In this document: positions 1-14,400 of the stretch, piece after piece
How the letters are laid out: every line of letters begins with the position of its first letter
How positions within the stretch are numbered: position 1 is the stretch's first letter
Origin: Eledone cirrhosa
Lineage: Eukaryota
NCBI GenBank assembly: GCA_964016885.1
Contig: OZ024740.1
Span: 414,346,001-414,410,000 of the forward strand
Direction: 5' to 3'
Length of the DNA: 64,000 nt
Made by a program: the position numbers and the translations under genes
The notes under the pieces: generated by a model
Databases searched by the model: none
The model's input: only the letters and a program-made list of their open reading frames with translations
What the model was told of the DNA's origin: nothing

Positions 1-1055
1 ACAGCAAAAAAGCACCCAGCCCACACTGTAAAGTGGATGTGTAGGCGCCACGTTTTACATACATGACTGTATGTAAAATCCTGCCATATGTCTTTGTATT
101 GTCCCCTTTTCTTGTGCGCCCTTGTGGCAAATAAAGAAATATATCTATATGATTTTAGATCCAGTTCAATGAGTGTGAGTGTGAATGACTCATTGTGTAA
201 AATAAAACTAGTAACAAGGGATCTAAGATGGGACTTATCTAGAAGAACATGTATTTTGTGTAAAGTTTGTTAAATCCAGAATATAGAGTGGAATAGGTGA
301 TATGTTAAAGTTTCTGGGAGAGAGAGAGAGAGTATGCCTCAATTGTGTTAGAGACACACTTCAGCTATAGATGCTGCAGTGGTGGTGGTTGATGATGTCT
401 CATTGCTTATAATCACAGCTTCAGTAATTCATTTTTGTTATGGATTAGTTGTGAATATTTAGCTTCATGTCATCCTTGTTAAAGTAAACTTACTGTCAAA
501 AGCATTACAGCACTGATCATCCTCTCTTTTTTTAAGGTATAGTATATCTATGACTAAATTATTTTTGATACACATGTCCCCTTTCCTTCTTTAGATTGTA
601 GAGTGTGATTTGAGGAAAATTTGACTAGGGACTTGATTATAAACCATTTTCAGAGCCTCAAAAATGAGTGGGTGAGAAAAAGAAAAGCATAAGGTTATAT
701 TCAGATCAAAGACTAGTCCAGATACTTGCAATAGAATGGACTCAATTCAAGGCACCCAATGATGAGATAGTAGTGTTGAACCTAGTCAATGAATAAACTC
801 TCCCACTTATGACAGATACAGTCAATCCAACAGGTTTACATTTTCCATCTACACAATTTCCCTCTTATACCTTGGACTAACTCACAGCTACGACAGAAGA
901 CACTTTCTCAAATTGCCATGCATTGTGATTGAACCAGAAGCCATATGGTTGCATGGCAAGTTTCTTAAACATACAGCCATGCCTGTTCCCATTGTAATAA
1001 AGATAAATGCTGGTGATTTGTAAATATTGAAGTAGAAAGAATAAGATTATATTAC

Positions 1056-1095
1056 CTAGTTGATGCAAGGCTTAGTTCAAGCAGTTTGGGAAATG
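1056..1095 (-). CDS. LRR gene exon ([13 protein letters not shown])
   Basis: ttcttctag acceptor, gtaat donor; 40 nt. Confidence 0.85.
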
Positions 1096-2609
1096 CTAGA
1101 AGAAAAAAACATATATAAACATGTTAAATAACAACAAAAGAAGATACAATAATAGCTTTTATACAAAAAAAAAGAAGATATATCAAATGTTATATAATAA
1201 AAATATTCTACAAGATTTATAAAGACCTTGCTGTTTTTTAAGATATCAAGGTTTATTTAGAGGGAAATTTGGTTGCTATTTCTAATAATAATAGATGTTT
1301 GAATCTGAGAAGCTGCAGAACAAATGCTAAAGCAATCAAATATTTAGATTCAAAGAGGGAACCTATACATGATCATCTGACTTGTTAACAAAAGCAGCCA
1401 AATTTACACTTTAATGGCTGTAGGTATATTATACCTAAACATAAAAATCACATTTTTGATCATAGGTATTTTCAATCAGGGCTGTCCAAGGTTTAAACCA
1501 GAACAACAATTAAATATTTAAAGTTGATAAACAATTAAACAGTAATGAAACTTACTGAAATAAACAGTTCTAAATTTCAGGTGCAATAGATATCATCAGT
1601 CAAATGGTTTTACTTTTGTGGTGATGATGATGATAGTGACACCACCATCACCACCACCATCATCATCATCATCATCATCATAAACAATATTGTTCATCAT
1701 TAAAATCTTATTCATGTGGTATCCACTAAGCAGTTGTTGTTTAGTCATATATCAGCCCTGAATAAGCAGACCTGTAATAAAAGCCCTTCCAGTTATGACT
1801 ATCCTGCTTTGTTTCCAGACATACTGTATCTAGGACTGCATTAACTGGTATATCCTACCTTTTCTCCGGAGAGTAGAATGTGATTTCAGGGTGATTTAGC
1901 TGATATTTCTTGCAGAGTAATCAACCCCATAGAGATTACCTCATTTCTTAGTTAGTAGTTGCTTTATCTACTGGAACCCTCAGTCAAATCTCCTCAAATA
2001 ATACTTTATTATCATGCTAATATTGATCTAGATAACATCACACCCCCACCACCATCACTATTCTTACTACAAAAACTGCCACTTTCTTCAGTCAGAAAGA
2101 AATACTTACATTCAAACACAGCTGCACATGCATTTGTTATTTTGGTTCTGTCTAAGTAGAGAACTTCCAATTCACACAGATCTGTAAAGAAATGGAACAA
2201 ACAAAATAAATAAAAGTTCATTTAATATACAGTAAAACTTTTCCATGGATTAAAAATCAGGATAAAAATAAATACAAATACCATTAGAGAATTGGATATG
2301 ATTTATAGTTCAAAACATATAACAAGAAAGCAATCAGAAAAATAACTTCCACACTTGTGGAGGACAATCAACGATATTGCTGATGTTTTGAGGTACTTGA
2401 GGGAGGACATTCAGTGAAAGCAACCGGATCTGTAGAATGTGATGAATTGGATTCTTCACAATGACAATGCACCGTGTCACTAAGCTCTCCTCACTTGTAA
2501 GTTATTATTACTATATATATATAATATAAGTTAAAACAATGAAATAAAAAATCAAGTCATTAGAGATATACTTCACTGCTTTACGATCGTTTCTAGGTGA
2601 TGATAATAC

Positions 2610-2647
<38 letters not shown>

Positions 2648-5380
2648 AAAATGAGGTTTTTTTTATAAAAACACGAGATGTCCTACACAGGTGAAAGTAT
2701 AAGGAAAAGAAATCAAAAATGCGACTGGAGTCTTTTTAAAACACAAACCCTCCATCTCAATTATACTTTTGAAAATCATAAGAACTGTGAAACCAGTAAA
2801 GGAAATAAATAAATATTTTTACAAAGACTCCAGTCACATTTTCAATTTCTTTTTCTTATATATATATATCATCATCATCATCATTTTACGTCCGCTCTTC
2901 CCTGCTTGCAAGGGTGGGACGGGTCTTATTCAGCACAGCATCTCTCCATTTGTCACGGTCCTTCGTCATCTCCACCGTGAGCTTCAATGATCTGAGGTCT
3001 GTTCTCACCACCTCCGCCCATGTTTTTCGTGGTCTACCTCTACGACGTCTTCCTTCAACTGGCATTTCCTGGCACTTCTTCACCTATCGGTCATCCTCCA
3101 TGAGCATCACATGTCCATACCACCTCAGTCTCCTCTCCCATACACTACATTCTATCCCTCTCAGACACAGTTTCTCTCTCAACACATTTATGCTGGGTCG
3201 TTCACGCACATTTACACTGCACATCCAATGGAGCATGCTTGCCTCATTTCTCTCCAGCCGTCGCATATCCTCTGCAGTTGCTGCCCATGTCTCACTACCA
3301 TGCAGCATCGCGCTCCTCACACAGGCATCATACAACTGGCCTTTCGTACGCAGGGAGAAACCCTTCTTCGTCAGCAGAGGAAGCAGCTCCCTAAACTTCT
3401 TCCAACCCGTCCTTATTCTAAATACTATGGCCTCGGAACACCCTCCTCCCATGCTAATCTGATCTCCTAGGTACCGGAAGCTATCTACCACTTCTATAGC
3501 ACCCTCCTGCATTTGAAAAAGGTGTCTATCAATGCGACTTCTACTGTCTAATTTCCCTGTACATCTGCTGCATACATATTTCTCCCTACCTCTTAGTTTG
3601 TTTGCTATCTCGCTACATCTCTTGTGTACCCAGGATCTGCATTGTGCATTTTATAGAATTTATGCCAGTTCCTTTTCTGCATATCGAACATGGCCATTTC
3701 CCTGACGGAATCAGAGTTTTGTCCTCTTTTCTACTCATCAACACTTTTGTCTTAGCTAGGTTCACTCTCAGTCCTCTTGCTTCCAACTGCTGTTTCCATA
3801 GCCAGAATTTATTCTCTAGCTCCTCTACTGATTCTGCTATAAGAACCAGATCGTCAGCATAGAGAAGTTCCCATGGACAGCCAATTTTAAACTCCTCTGT
3901 TATGGCTTGGAGGACTATAATGAACAAGAGCGGGCTGAGGACTGAACCTTGATGTACTCCTACTTGTATCTGGAATTCCTCACTAAACTCCATTCCTACG
4001 CTGACTTTACTGAGAGTACCTCTGTACAAAGTTTGCACTGTCCTCAACACCTAGTTTCCTTAGGGACCACCAGATGACAGATCGGGGTACCCTATCAAAG
4101 CCTTCTCTAGGTCAACAAAGGCTAAGTATAGTGGCTTATTTTTCTCTAAGAACCTCTCTTGCAATTGTCTCACCAAGAAGAGGGCATCCGTTGTACTCTT
4201 CCCAGGCACAAAACCAAACTGCATCTCATCTAGTTTGAGCCTTTCTCTAATTAGTTGTGCTAATATCCTTTCTGCCACTTTCATAACCTGATCCATCAGT
4301 TTTATACCTCTATAATTGCTCCTCTCCAGAGCATCCCCTTTACCTTTGTAGCAATTTATGAGAATACTGCTGCACCAGTCTTTGCGTATGACACCACCAT
4401 ATATAACCTGATTGATGATGCGTGCAACCAGTTTAGTGCCTACGTCCCCTGATGCCTTCAGCATCTCAGCAACTATTCCCGATGGTCCAGCAGCCTTACC
4501 ATTTTTCATTTCCTTAATCGCCTCTTGGACGCTATATTCGTCAATCTCAATAGCTGGTCCCTCTGTCAGATCTACTAAGGTTAATTTCTCTCTCTCCCAT
4601 TCGTTCTCCACATTCATCAGTCTCTCATAATGACATTTCCAGGCCTCCTTTTTCTGATCATTCGTGACACTAAGTACACCGGCATCATCCCGGACACATT
4701 TATGTCCAACAACATCCTGATTTGCATTGACACATTGCCTTGCAATGTGGAACACCGCACGCCTCTGATCTTACCGTCGCAGAACATTGGCAAACCTCCT
4801 ACTCTCAGCCTCCCTGGGTGCTAAGTACACCTGACATCTAGCTTCTCACTTAGCGGCTGTATATTCTTCCTTACTCCCACCCTTTTTCCAAGCCTTCCTT
4901 GCTAGTCTTTTGTCTCTAATGGCCTTATCTACTGTGCTGTTCCACCACCAGGTTACTCTCTGTCTGGTTGGAGCTCTGCTCCAACCACAAGTTTCATCAG
5001 TAGCCTGCAGCAAGTTGTCACGTAAGAAATTCCAGTTATTATCTATGTCATACGTCTCTAAATCGTCTTCTTTTTCGTCATACACATCTTGAAGGGCTTT
5101 CCTAAATTTGTATTTTAGTGAAAGGTCTTTTAGCTTCCAGACCTTTCTTCTCCACACCTTCCTGTATGTCTCATTCCATCTCTTGCTTACTGAGATATCA
5201 CTAACGACTAACCTATGCTGTGGGATACATTCTTCCCCAGGGTATGCTTTGGTATTAGACACCATCTGCCTGTCCCGCTGCCTAACTAGTAAGAAGTCAA
5301 TCTGGCTTATGTGCTCGCCAGATTTGTAGGTTATTAGGTGATTGGCAGGTTTCTGGAAGTTTGTGTTACAAATAGTCAGT

Positions 5381-5431
<51 letters not shown>

Positions 5432-8400
5432 TGACTTCATTGACTAGAAAAATTAAAATAATTGAATGGAAAATTGATACCTTTTAATGCATTGGCGCCA
5501 GTGTCAGTAATTCTGGTATTTCCAAGTAATAAAATCCTCAAACTGCAAAACAAAGTAATCTTTTAAATAACAGCATAATGAACAAACCTTTTACTGTCAA
5601 TGTCTAAATTTCTTCAATAAATTATTTATAGTCATTGTTATTGATCTCCAGGCCAGCATTCATCAAGCAAGAACTGTGATAAACGCTGTGGCTGTTACAT
5701 TACCACTATGTTGTTGAATGTGTCATTCCTTTTCTAAGATGGTAAGAAGTTATATGAAGGATTATTTGGCTTCTATTACCAGCAGATTGAATTACTTCAT
5801 AAAGACTTGTTCATTGGCTCTGAAATGACTTATTCATTTCTTGTGTCAATCTTAGAACAAATAAACTTTTATCAACAGACATGAAGATAATAGTCTCATT
5901 GTAATAGTCTCTCAGACAACAGATTTTGAGAGAACAATCTACCTTCTGCTGATGCATATTTAGAAAATAATAATTAGCCTTAAGAAGTTTAAATGTCTTA
6001 GAGTTGTAAGATCTATCTATTGTTCTTGCTCGATGGGACTGGGGTTATCCTGGTCAACAGTCCAAGAGGCTTCATCGTGTGTAGAGCCAAGAGTTGTAAG
6101 AAGTGACTAAAATTGTTGGCAACAGGTAAGACACCTGATTCTAAAACATTGCCTCAAAAAATTCCATCCAAGCCATGCCTTCATGGAAAGGCAAACATAA
6201 AAATGATGATATCTTTAGTATTTAGTACTATAACCATTATATAGTAGCGGCAGCAGCAGAAATAGCACAAATGGCAGAAAACAACAACAATTGTAGCACT
6301 AGGCACAGCAGCAGTTTTGGAAGAAGCTGCTGCCACCACTACCGCCACCATAATCACCATTTTTACATTTGTTTTCCCAAGCTTGCATGGTTTTGGTGGG
6401 TTGTCAAGGTCTGCGTTGGGTCATATTTATCGGTACTAATCTCTAAATAGGTTGGAAACCCCATCTTGCTCATATGTTCCATTTGATGGCATGGAGGTAT
6501 TTCTTATTCTATTTAGAGTGTACTGTGTACATTTTATCATGGTAAAGGCTCAAGTTCGGTTTGTCTCTGAAAAGACTAAAAGGTTGTGTCATACCAACTA
6601 GTATAAAAAGAGTGCCTTCTTCCCCATGCTGTGGTGTAGCTATTTCTTCATCCCTTTCTTTCACACACAACTTGGTATTAGATAACAGACATTTTCTACC
6701 ACATCACCAATACCAGATAGTAGAGGAATACAATATTTAGCATTATCACCACTAATAGACAGTTATTTACGACTACCACTAATTAACACACATTATGGTA
6801 CTTAATACGAGGGCGGTGGATTGGCAGTATTGGTAGAGGGTCAGGCACCATGCTTTGCAGCAAAGAGTTACGGCCCTTTATGGTCTGAGTTCAAATCCCG
6901 GCGATGTTAACTTTGCCTTTCAGCCTTAGGGGATCGATAAAATAAAGTACCAGTAATACACTGAGATAATTGCTGGCCTTGTGCCAAAAGTAGAATCAAT
7001 TATGGTACTTAATACTGATTTCTAAATTATGCACTAAGTCATCAAATTTGAGTAAAGGGCAAAGTTGATTAAATTAACTCCAATCCATAACTGGTACTTT
7101 ATTTGATCAACCCTGGAAGGATGAAAGGCAAAGTTGACCGTGGCAGGATTTGAAATCAGAATGTAAAGAGCAAGAACAAAACTGCAATGGCAGTTTGTCT
7201 GATATGGCACTTGATATCAACAGTAATACATGTGCAGCTTAGTATGAATAGCAATATTCATACCAGTAACCCTTTTGATATCAAACTGCCTGAAATTACC
7301 CCTGGTTTGTTTTAAAGTGTTTATATCTATCTAAAAATCTTACATCATAATTTTATGTAAGAACATTGAAGTCATACCTCTAACATTCTTGATTAAGTTA
7401 TTTAAAAAGCAAATACTATGTCTTTCATTAGATATATGGTAATGAAAGGATGAAATGGTGTGCAATGCTTAATATAAATGCCACAAGATTATTTAAAAAA
7501 AATATTGTTTCTAACCTGTGTATTTTGCCAATACCACTTATACCAACATCTCCAACATTGATATAATTGGTTAAATCAAGGGTTGTTAATGGCACCTCTG
7601 CAAAAGAAAAATAAAAATTTAACAACTTAAAATAATATCAAAATTTGATTACTTTATTTCTCCTTGTTTTTCAGCATTAAATCATCACAGATGAAGCAAA
7701 CCTTTGGTTGAAAGCATTCCACTAATGTTTAACTCATTTTTTGTTTCAGTCTTGATAGGCTGTACTCTAAATTGTAATTGTGTGAAATGTCTAGCAGTTG
7801 GATGATGATGTAGAGGTTTCCACATTGGCCCAGTTATTTCTTTTTATTGATGGTATTTACAATTTCCTCTTTTATTTGTTAACATTTTTTTCATTCCATT
7901 TTATGTACAAACAGTTTCAAGATCTATTTTCTTTGTTTTATTTTATTGGCTCCAGTATTTAGACACTTGCCATGCTGGGGCACACTGTTTCAAAATGAAA
8001 ATAATAATTTAAACAGAAATAATCTGTGTTTAACTGAATAAAGTTAGTTGTTGTATGATGTAGTGTTGTAAAAGTGTAATGGTAGGCTATGGTTATACTA
8101 TATAATATTGTACTATATAAGCATGGTTTAATGTGTAGTGTAATGTAATAAAGTGCAATATAACAAAGTATAGTGTAATGTCGTGTGGTATGGTGTAGAG
8201 TAATATAGTATAGTGCAATACAAAGCAGTATAGTGTTGTGCAGTATAGTTCAATGTTGTGTACTATAGCATAGGTTTGGTGTAATGCAATATTTTATAAT
8301 ATAGTGTAGCATAGTATAGTGCAATATAGTGCAGTGTAGTGTTGTTCAGTGTAATATAGTGCAGTGAAATGTAGTATAATATAGTGTAGTTCAGTGTAGT

Positions 8401-11400
8401 GCAATGTAGTATAGTATAGTGTAATGTAATATAATGTAATGTAATATAGTGTAATGTAATATAATTGTTTCTACTTTAGGCACACGGCCAGCAATTACCC
8501 AGTGCATTACTGGTACTTTATTTTATCGATCCCGTAAGGATGAAAGGCAAAGTCAACCTCAGCGGGATTTGAACTCAGATCGTAAAGGGACGTAACTATG
8601 CTGGAAAGCATGGCGTCCGACCCTCTACCGATAGTGTAATGTAATATAATGTAATGTAGTATAGTGTAATGTAATATAGTGTAATGTAATATAGTGTAAT
8701 ACAGTGTAGTGTTGTATAGTGTAGTATATTGTAATATAGTGTAGTACAGTGTAGTGTTGTATAGTGTAATATATTGTAATATAGTGTAGTACGGTGTAGT
8801 GTTGTATAGTGTAATATATTACAATATAGTGTAGTACAGTTAGCTCTAGAGGTGCCAGTGATTTTCTTGGCAATTTGGTACACAGAGCGCATGTCATTGC
8901 GTGCCGCAGCTGCTTCTGCCTCCTCTGCCTTACTCTCAAGCCACATTCGTTTGTCCTTTTGGGTGCTGCGTTTCACCTCCTTGTCCTTCTCAACATACTG
9001 CTGATATACCTTGATGGCCTCTGGGGTAGTGGCATGCCTCTGCTGGTGAATCAAAACCCTTAAGAATAACAAGTCACCAGGTATGGATGGCATTTCTGCT
9101 GAAATGTTGAAGTCAGGAGGCGAAAGCATGGTCAAGTGAATGGGCCACTTATGTAATCTTGTGTGGAACACGGGTGAAGTCCCAGAAGACTGGAGAAACG
9201 GAGCGGTTGTCTGTATCCCCAAGAAGGGCAACCTTGCTGATTATGACAACTGGAGGGGAGTGACCACTTCTCTCCATACCATGGCATGGTTGACCGGAAA
9301 CTGCAAGAACAACAGGCAGGGTTCCGACCAAAATGTTCCTGTGCAGAGCAGATCTTTACACTATGCCGCATCATTGAGAGGTACAACAAATTCCAGAGGC
9401 CCCTCGCCATCAGCTTCATCGATTTCTCCAAAGCATTCGATAGCATTCATCAACCGTCGTTCTGGAGCATCATGCATGAGTATGGTCTGCCCCAGAGAGT
9501 CATTTCGGTAATCAAACAGATTTACACAAACGCCAAGTGCTGCATACGGACAGAGGATGGTTACAGTGACTGGCGTGCATCAAGGTTGCTCGCTCCCTCC
9601 AATTCTCTTTGCCATAGCCATTGACTGGGTACTAAGAAGAGCGTCTAAAGACCAGGGTATATCTTGGGTGGGAGAGCAAAAGTTGTCTGACCTGGACTTT
9701 GCGGACGATATTGCTGCACTTTCAGAGAGCTCAGCTGACCTGCAAATCATTGTGAACAATATCAATGTCGAAGCAGGAAGCTTAGGTCTCAATATCAATG
9801 CCAAGAAGACCAAAAGCATGTTATCTGGGACACACCCACCACCAACCAGTGTCTTTATTGAACAGGGGGAGGTGGGGATAGTGGACAACTTCACCTACCT
9901 AGGAAGCTCCATTAACAATGGACAGTGAACTGCAATGTAGAATGGGAAAGGCTTCAGCAGCATTTAACCAGCTTGCCAAGATCTGGAAGAGCAGGAAGTT
10001 CACCCTCAAAACAAAGATGAGATTCTACAACAGCAACGTGCTGACCACACTCTTGTACGGAAAAGAAACATGGCACCTTAAGACCAACCAAGAGAAGAAG
10101 TTGGACGCATTCGATTCCAGATGTCTGCGAAAGATCCTGGGGATTAAATGGAGTGACCATGTAACAAACCAGGCAGTCAGGAACCGCACCGATCAGCAGC
10201 TGGTCTCTTTTGCCATCTGCAAGCGACGCCTGGGCTGGTTTGGACACGCTTTGAGACTTCCCCCGGAGAGACTGGCGAACCAAGTACTTAAATGGAGCCC
10301 GCAGGGAAGCAGACGGAGAGGGCGACCCAAAATGAACTGGCGCCAGACAGTTGAGAGGGACCTGCGAGCGACAAACAGACAATGGCGGGATGCTGTGCAA
10401 CTGGCTGCTGACCGAACGTGATGTAACACTATGATTGCCTCATGCGTCGCAAGGCGCGGGAGCTTCTGAGTCTGAGTGAGTACAGTGTAGTGTTGTATAG
10501 TGTAATATATTGTAATATAGTGTAGTACAGTGTAGTGTTGTATAGCGTAATCATCATCATCATCATCATCATCGTTTAACGTCCATGTTCCACGCTTGCA
10601 TGGGTTTGGACGGGAGTTTTCCCACTTGAGGCAAGAGTGGTTGTCTTGCTCGCATAGGACCATCTGGCGGGTTTTCTACAGCTGGATGCCCTTCCTAACA
10701 CCAACCACATTTACAGTGTGGGACTGGGAGGTTTTTACCGTGTTGCCTACACGGCCACATTACAGCGTGGACTGTGTGTTTTTTTGTCATGACACCTACA
10801 CGATCTCATTTGTTTCGGCCTGGATGTTGTGGCACCAACGTAACTTTACATTGAAAGGGGCGGTGTGGATGGGGTGGGGGTAGTGTGACGGGGGCGTATT
10901 TTGTTAGAGATGCCTACTGACTTTAGTAGGTTTACTTTGTATTTAGGCAAGGCAGGTCTTCTCTATTACTGAGTACCGCCAAAGATCTCGGTCCAGTGGC
11001 ATTGTCTTGGAGAGGTGTAAGTGTGTGAGGTCGGAATTTATCAGGTCGTCCCAGGTTTTTCTGGGTCTGCCTACTCCGTGGCTACCGTCTATCTTTATTG
11101 CCCTGCACTTTGTTATACAGCTGTCGTCTTTCATGCGCATCACGTGACCGTACCAACGTAGCCTTCTCTCGAGTAAACAACATCTGATCCCTCTTATTTC
11201 TAATTTTTTCCTTAGTTCGTTTATGCTTTGCCGTTCACGTATATTACTATTGCACATCCAGCGGAGCATGCAAGCTTCGTTCCTCTCTAGTCTGCGTATA
11301 TCCTCTGCACACAATGCCCAGGTCTCACTGCCATGCAGCATTGCTGTTCGTATGCAGGCATCATACAACCTGCCTTTCATTTTTAGGGAGAACCCTCTAG

Positions 11401-14400
11401 CGGCTAATAGTGGTATAAGCTCTCTGAACTTTTTCCATCCAGTTCTGACTCTAGCTACTGTACTTTCAGAGCACCCTCCCCCACTGCTGATTTTGTCACC
11501 CAGGTAACGGAAGCTGTCCACTATTTCTATAGAACCCTCTGCGCAGTTGAAGGAGCTAGTATTTTGTGGGCACTTGCTGCTACTTATTGCACCAGAGCAC
11601 CGGCCACATGTAAAATCTATGTTCTTAGTTAGCTTACCTGTGATCCCACTACATCTTTTATGCACCCATACTTTGCATTTGGGACATAAAATGGAGTTTC
11701 TACCTACGCCTTTCCTACACACTGAGCATGGCCATTTCCCAGATGGGACTGCCGCCTTATTTTCTTTCCTACAAACTAGAACTTTAGTCTTAGCCAGGTT
11801 AATTTTAAGGCCTTTTGATATATATTGTAATATACTGTAGTACAGTGTAGTGCTGTATAGTGTAATATATTGTAATATAGTGTAGTACAGTGTAGTGTTG
11901 TATAGTGTAATATATTGTAATATAGTGTAGTACAGTGTAGTGCTGTATAGTTTAATACATTGTAATATATTGTAGTACAGTGTAGTATTGTATAGTGTAA
12001 TATATTGTAATATAGTGTAGTACAGTGTAGTGTTGTATAGTGTAATATATTGTAATATAGTGTAGTACAGTGTAGTGCTGTATAGTTTAATACATTGTAA
12101 TATATTGTAGTACAGTGTAGTATTGTATAGTGTAATATATTGTAATATACTGCAGTACAGTGTAGTGTAATATATTGTAATATACTGTAGTACAGTGTAG
12201 TGTTGTATAGTGTAATATAGTGTAGTACAGTGTAGTGTTGTATAGTGTAATATATTGTAATATACTGTAGTACAGTGTAGTGTTGTATAGTGTAATATAT
12301 TGTAATATAGTGTAGTACAGTGTAGTGTTGTATAGTGTAATATATTGTAATATAGTGTAGTACAGTGTAGTGTTGTATAGTGTAATATATTGTAATATAG
12401 TGTAGTACAGTGTAGTATTGTATAGTGTAATATATTGTAATATAGTGTAGTACAGTGTAGTGTTGTATAGTGTAATATATTGTAATATAGTGTAGTACAG
12501 TGTAGTGTTGTATAGTGTAATATATTACAATATACTGTAGTACAGTGTAGTGTTGTATAGTGTAATATATTGTAATATAGTGTAGTACAGTGTAGTGTTG
12601 TATAGTGTAATATAGTGTAGTACAGTGTAGTGTTATATAGTTTAATATATTGTAATATAGTGTAGTGTTGTATAGTGTAATATATGGTAATATAGTGTAG
12701 TGTTGTATAGTGTAATATATTGTAATATAGTGTAGTACAGTGTAGTGTTGTATAGTGTAATATATTGTAATATAGTGTAGTACAATGTAGTGTTGTATAG
12801 TGTAATATATTGTAATATAGTGTAGTATAGTGTAGTGTTGTATAGTGTAATATATTGTAATATAGTGTAGTGTTGTATAGTGTAATATATTGTAATATAC
12901 TGTAGTACAGTGTAGTATTGTATAGTGTAATATATTGTAATATACTGTAGTACAATGTAGTGTTGTATAGTGTAATATATTGTAATATACTGTAGTAGAG
13001 TGTAGTGTTGTATAGTGTAATATATTGTAATATAGTGTAGTACAGTGTAGTGTTGTATAGTGTAATATATTGTAATATAGTGTAGTACAGTGTAGTGTTG
13101 TATAGTGTAATATATTGTAATATACTGTAGTACAGTGTAGTGTTGTATAGTGTAATATATTGTAATATAGTGTAGTACAGTGTAGTGTTGTATAGTGTAA
13201 TATAGTGTAATATAGTGTAGTACAGTGTAAGGTTGTATAGTGTAATATATTGTAAAATAACTGTAGTACAGTGTAGTTTTGTATAGTGTAATATATTGTA
13301 ATATAGTGTAGTACAGTGTAGTGTTGTATAGTGTAATATATTGTAATATACTGTAGTACAGTGTGGTGTTGTATAGTGTAATATATTGTAATATACTGTA
13401 GTAGAGTGTAGTGTTGTATAGTGTAATATAGTGTAATATAGTGTAGTACAGTGTAAGGTTGTATAGTGTAATATATTGAATATAGTGTAGTACAGTGTAG
13501 TGTTGTATAGTGTAATATATTGTAATATACTGTAGCAGAGTGTAGTGTTGTATAGTGTAATATAGTGTAGTACAGTGTAAGGTTGTATAGTGTAATATAT
13601 TGTAATATACTGTAGTACAGTGTGGTGTTGTATAGTGTAATATATTACAATATACTGTAGTACAGTGTAGTGTTGTATTGTGTAATATATTGTAATATAG
13701 TGTAGTAGAGTGTAGTGTTGTATAGTGTAATATAGTGTAATATACTGTAGTACAATGTAGTGTTGTATAGTGTAATATATTGTAATATAGTGTAGTACAG
13801 TGTAGTGTTGTATAGTGTAATATATTGTAATATACTGTAGTACAGTGAAGTGTTGTATAGTGTAATATATTGTAATATAGTGTAGTACAGTGTAGTGTTG
13901 TATAGTGTAATATATTGTAATATACTGTAGTACAGTGTAGTGTTGTATATTGTAATATATTGTAATATAGTGTAGTACAGTGTAGTGTTGTATAGTGTAA
14001 TATACTGTAGTACAGTGTAGTGTAATATATTGTAATATAGTGTAGTATAGTGTAGTGTTGTATAGTGTAATATATTGTAATATAGTGTAGTACAGTGTAG
14101 TGTTGTATAGTGTAATATATTGTAATATACTGTAGTACAGTGTAGTGTAATATATTGTAATATAGTGTAGTACAGTGTAAGGTTGTATAGTGTAATATAT
14201 TGTAATATAGTGTAGTACAGTGTAGTGTTGTATAGTGTAATATATTGTAATATACTGTAGTACAGTGTAGTGTAATATATTGTAATATAGTGTAGTACAG
14301 TGTAAGGTTGTATAGTGTAATATATTGTAATATAGTGTAGTACAGTGTAAGGTTGTATAGTGTAATATATTGTAATATACTGTAGTACAGTGTAGTGTAA

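Noticed and set aside
886-982. Possible further LRR exon (AG..GT bounded, open in phase)
   Set aside because: The translation has no LRR pattern and the DNA resembles a decayed SINE head (GGCATGGCTGT..GGTTCAATC..AAGTGTCTTCT).
2914-3470. Long plus-strand ORFs antisense to RTE RT (also 29503-30059)
   Set aside because: Shadow frames of the LINE coding strand, repeated only because the LINE is repeated.
6811-6900. tRNA genes at the SINE heads
   Set aside because: A and B boxes are present but there is no complete cloverleaf, and each is attached to a SINE body with TSDs.
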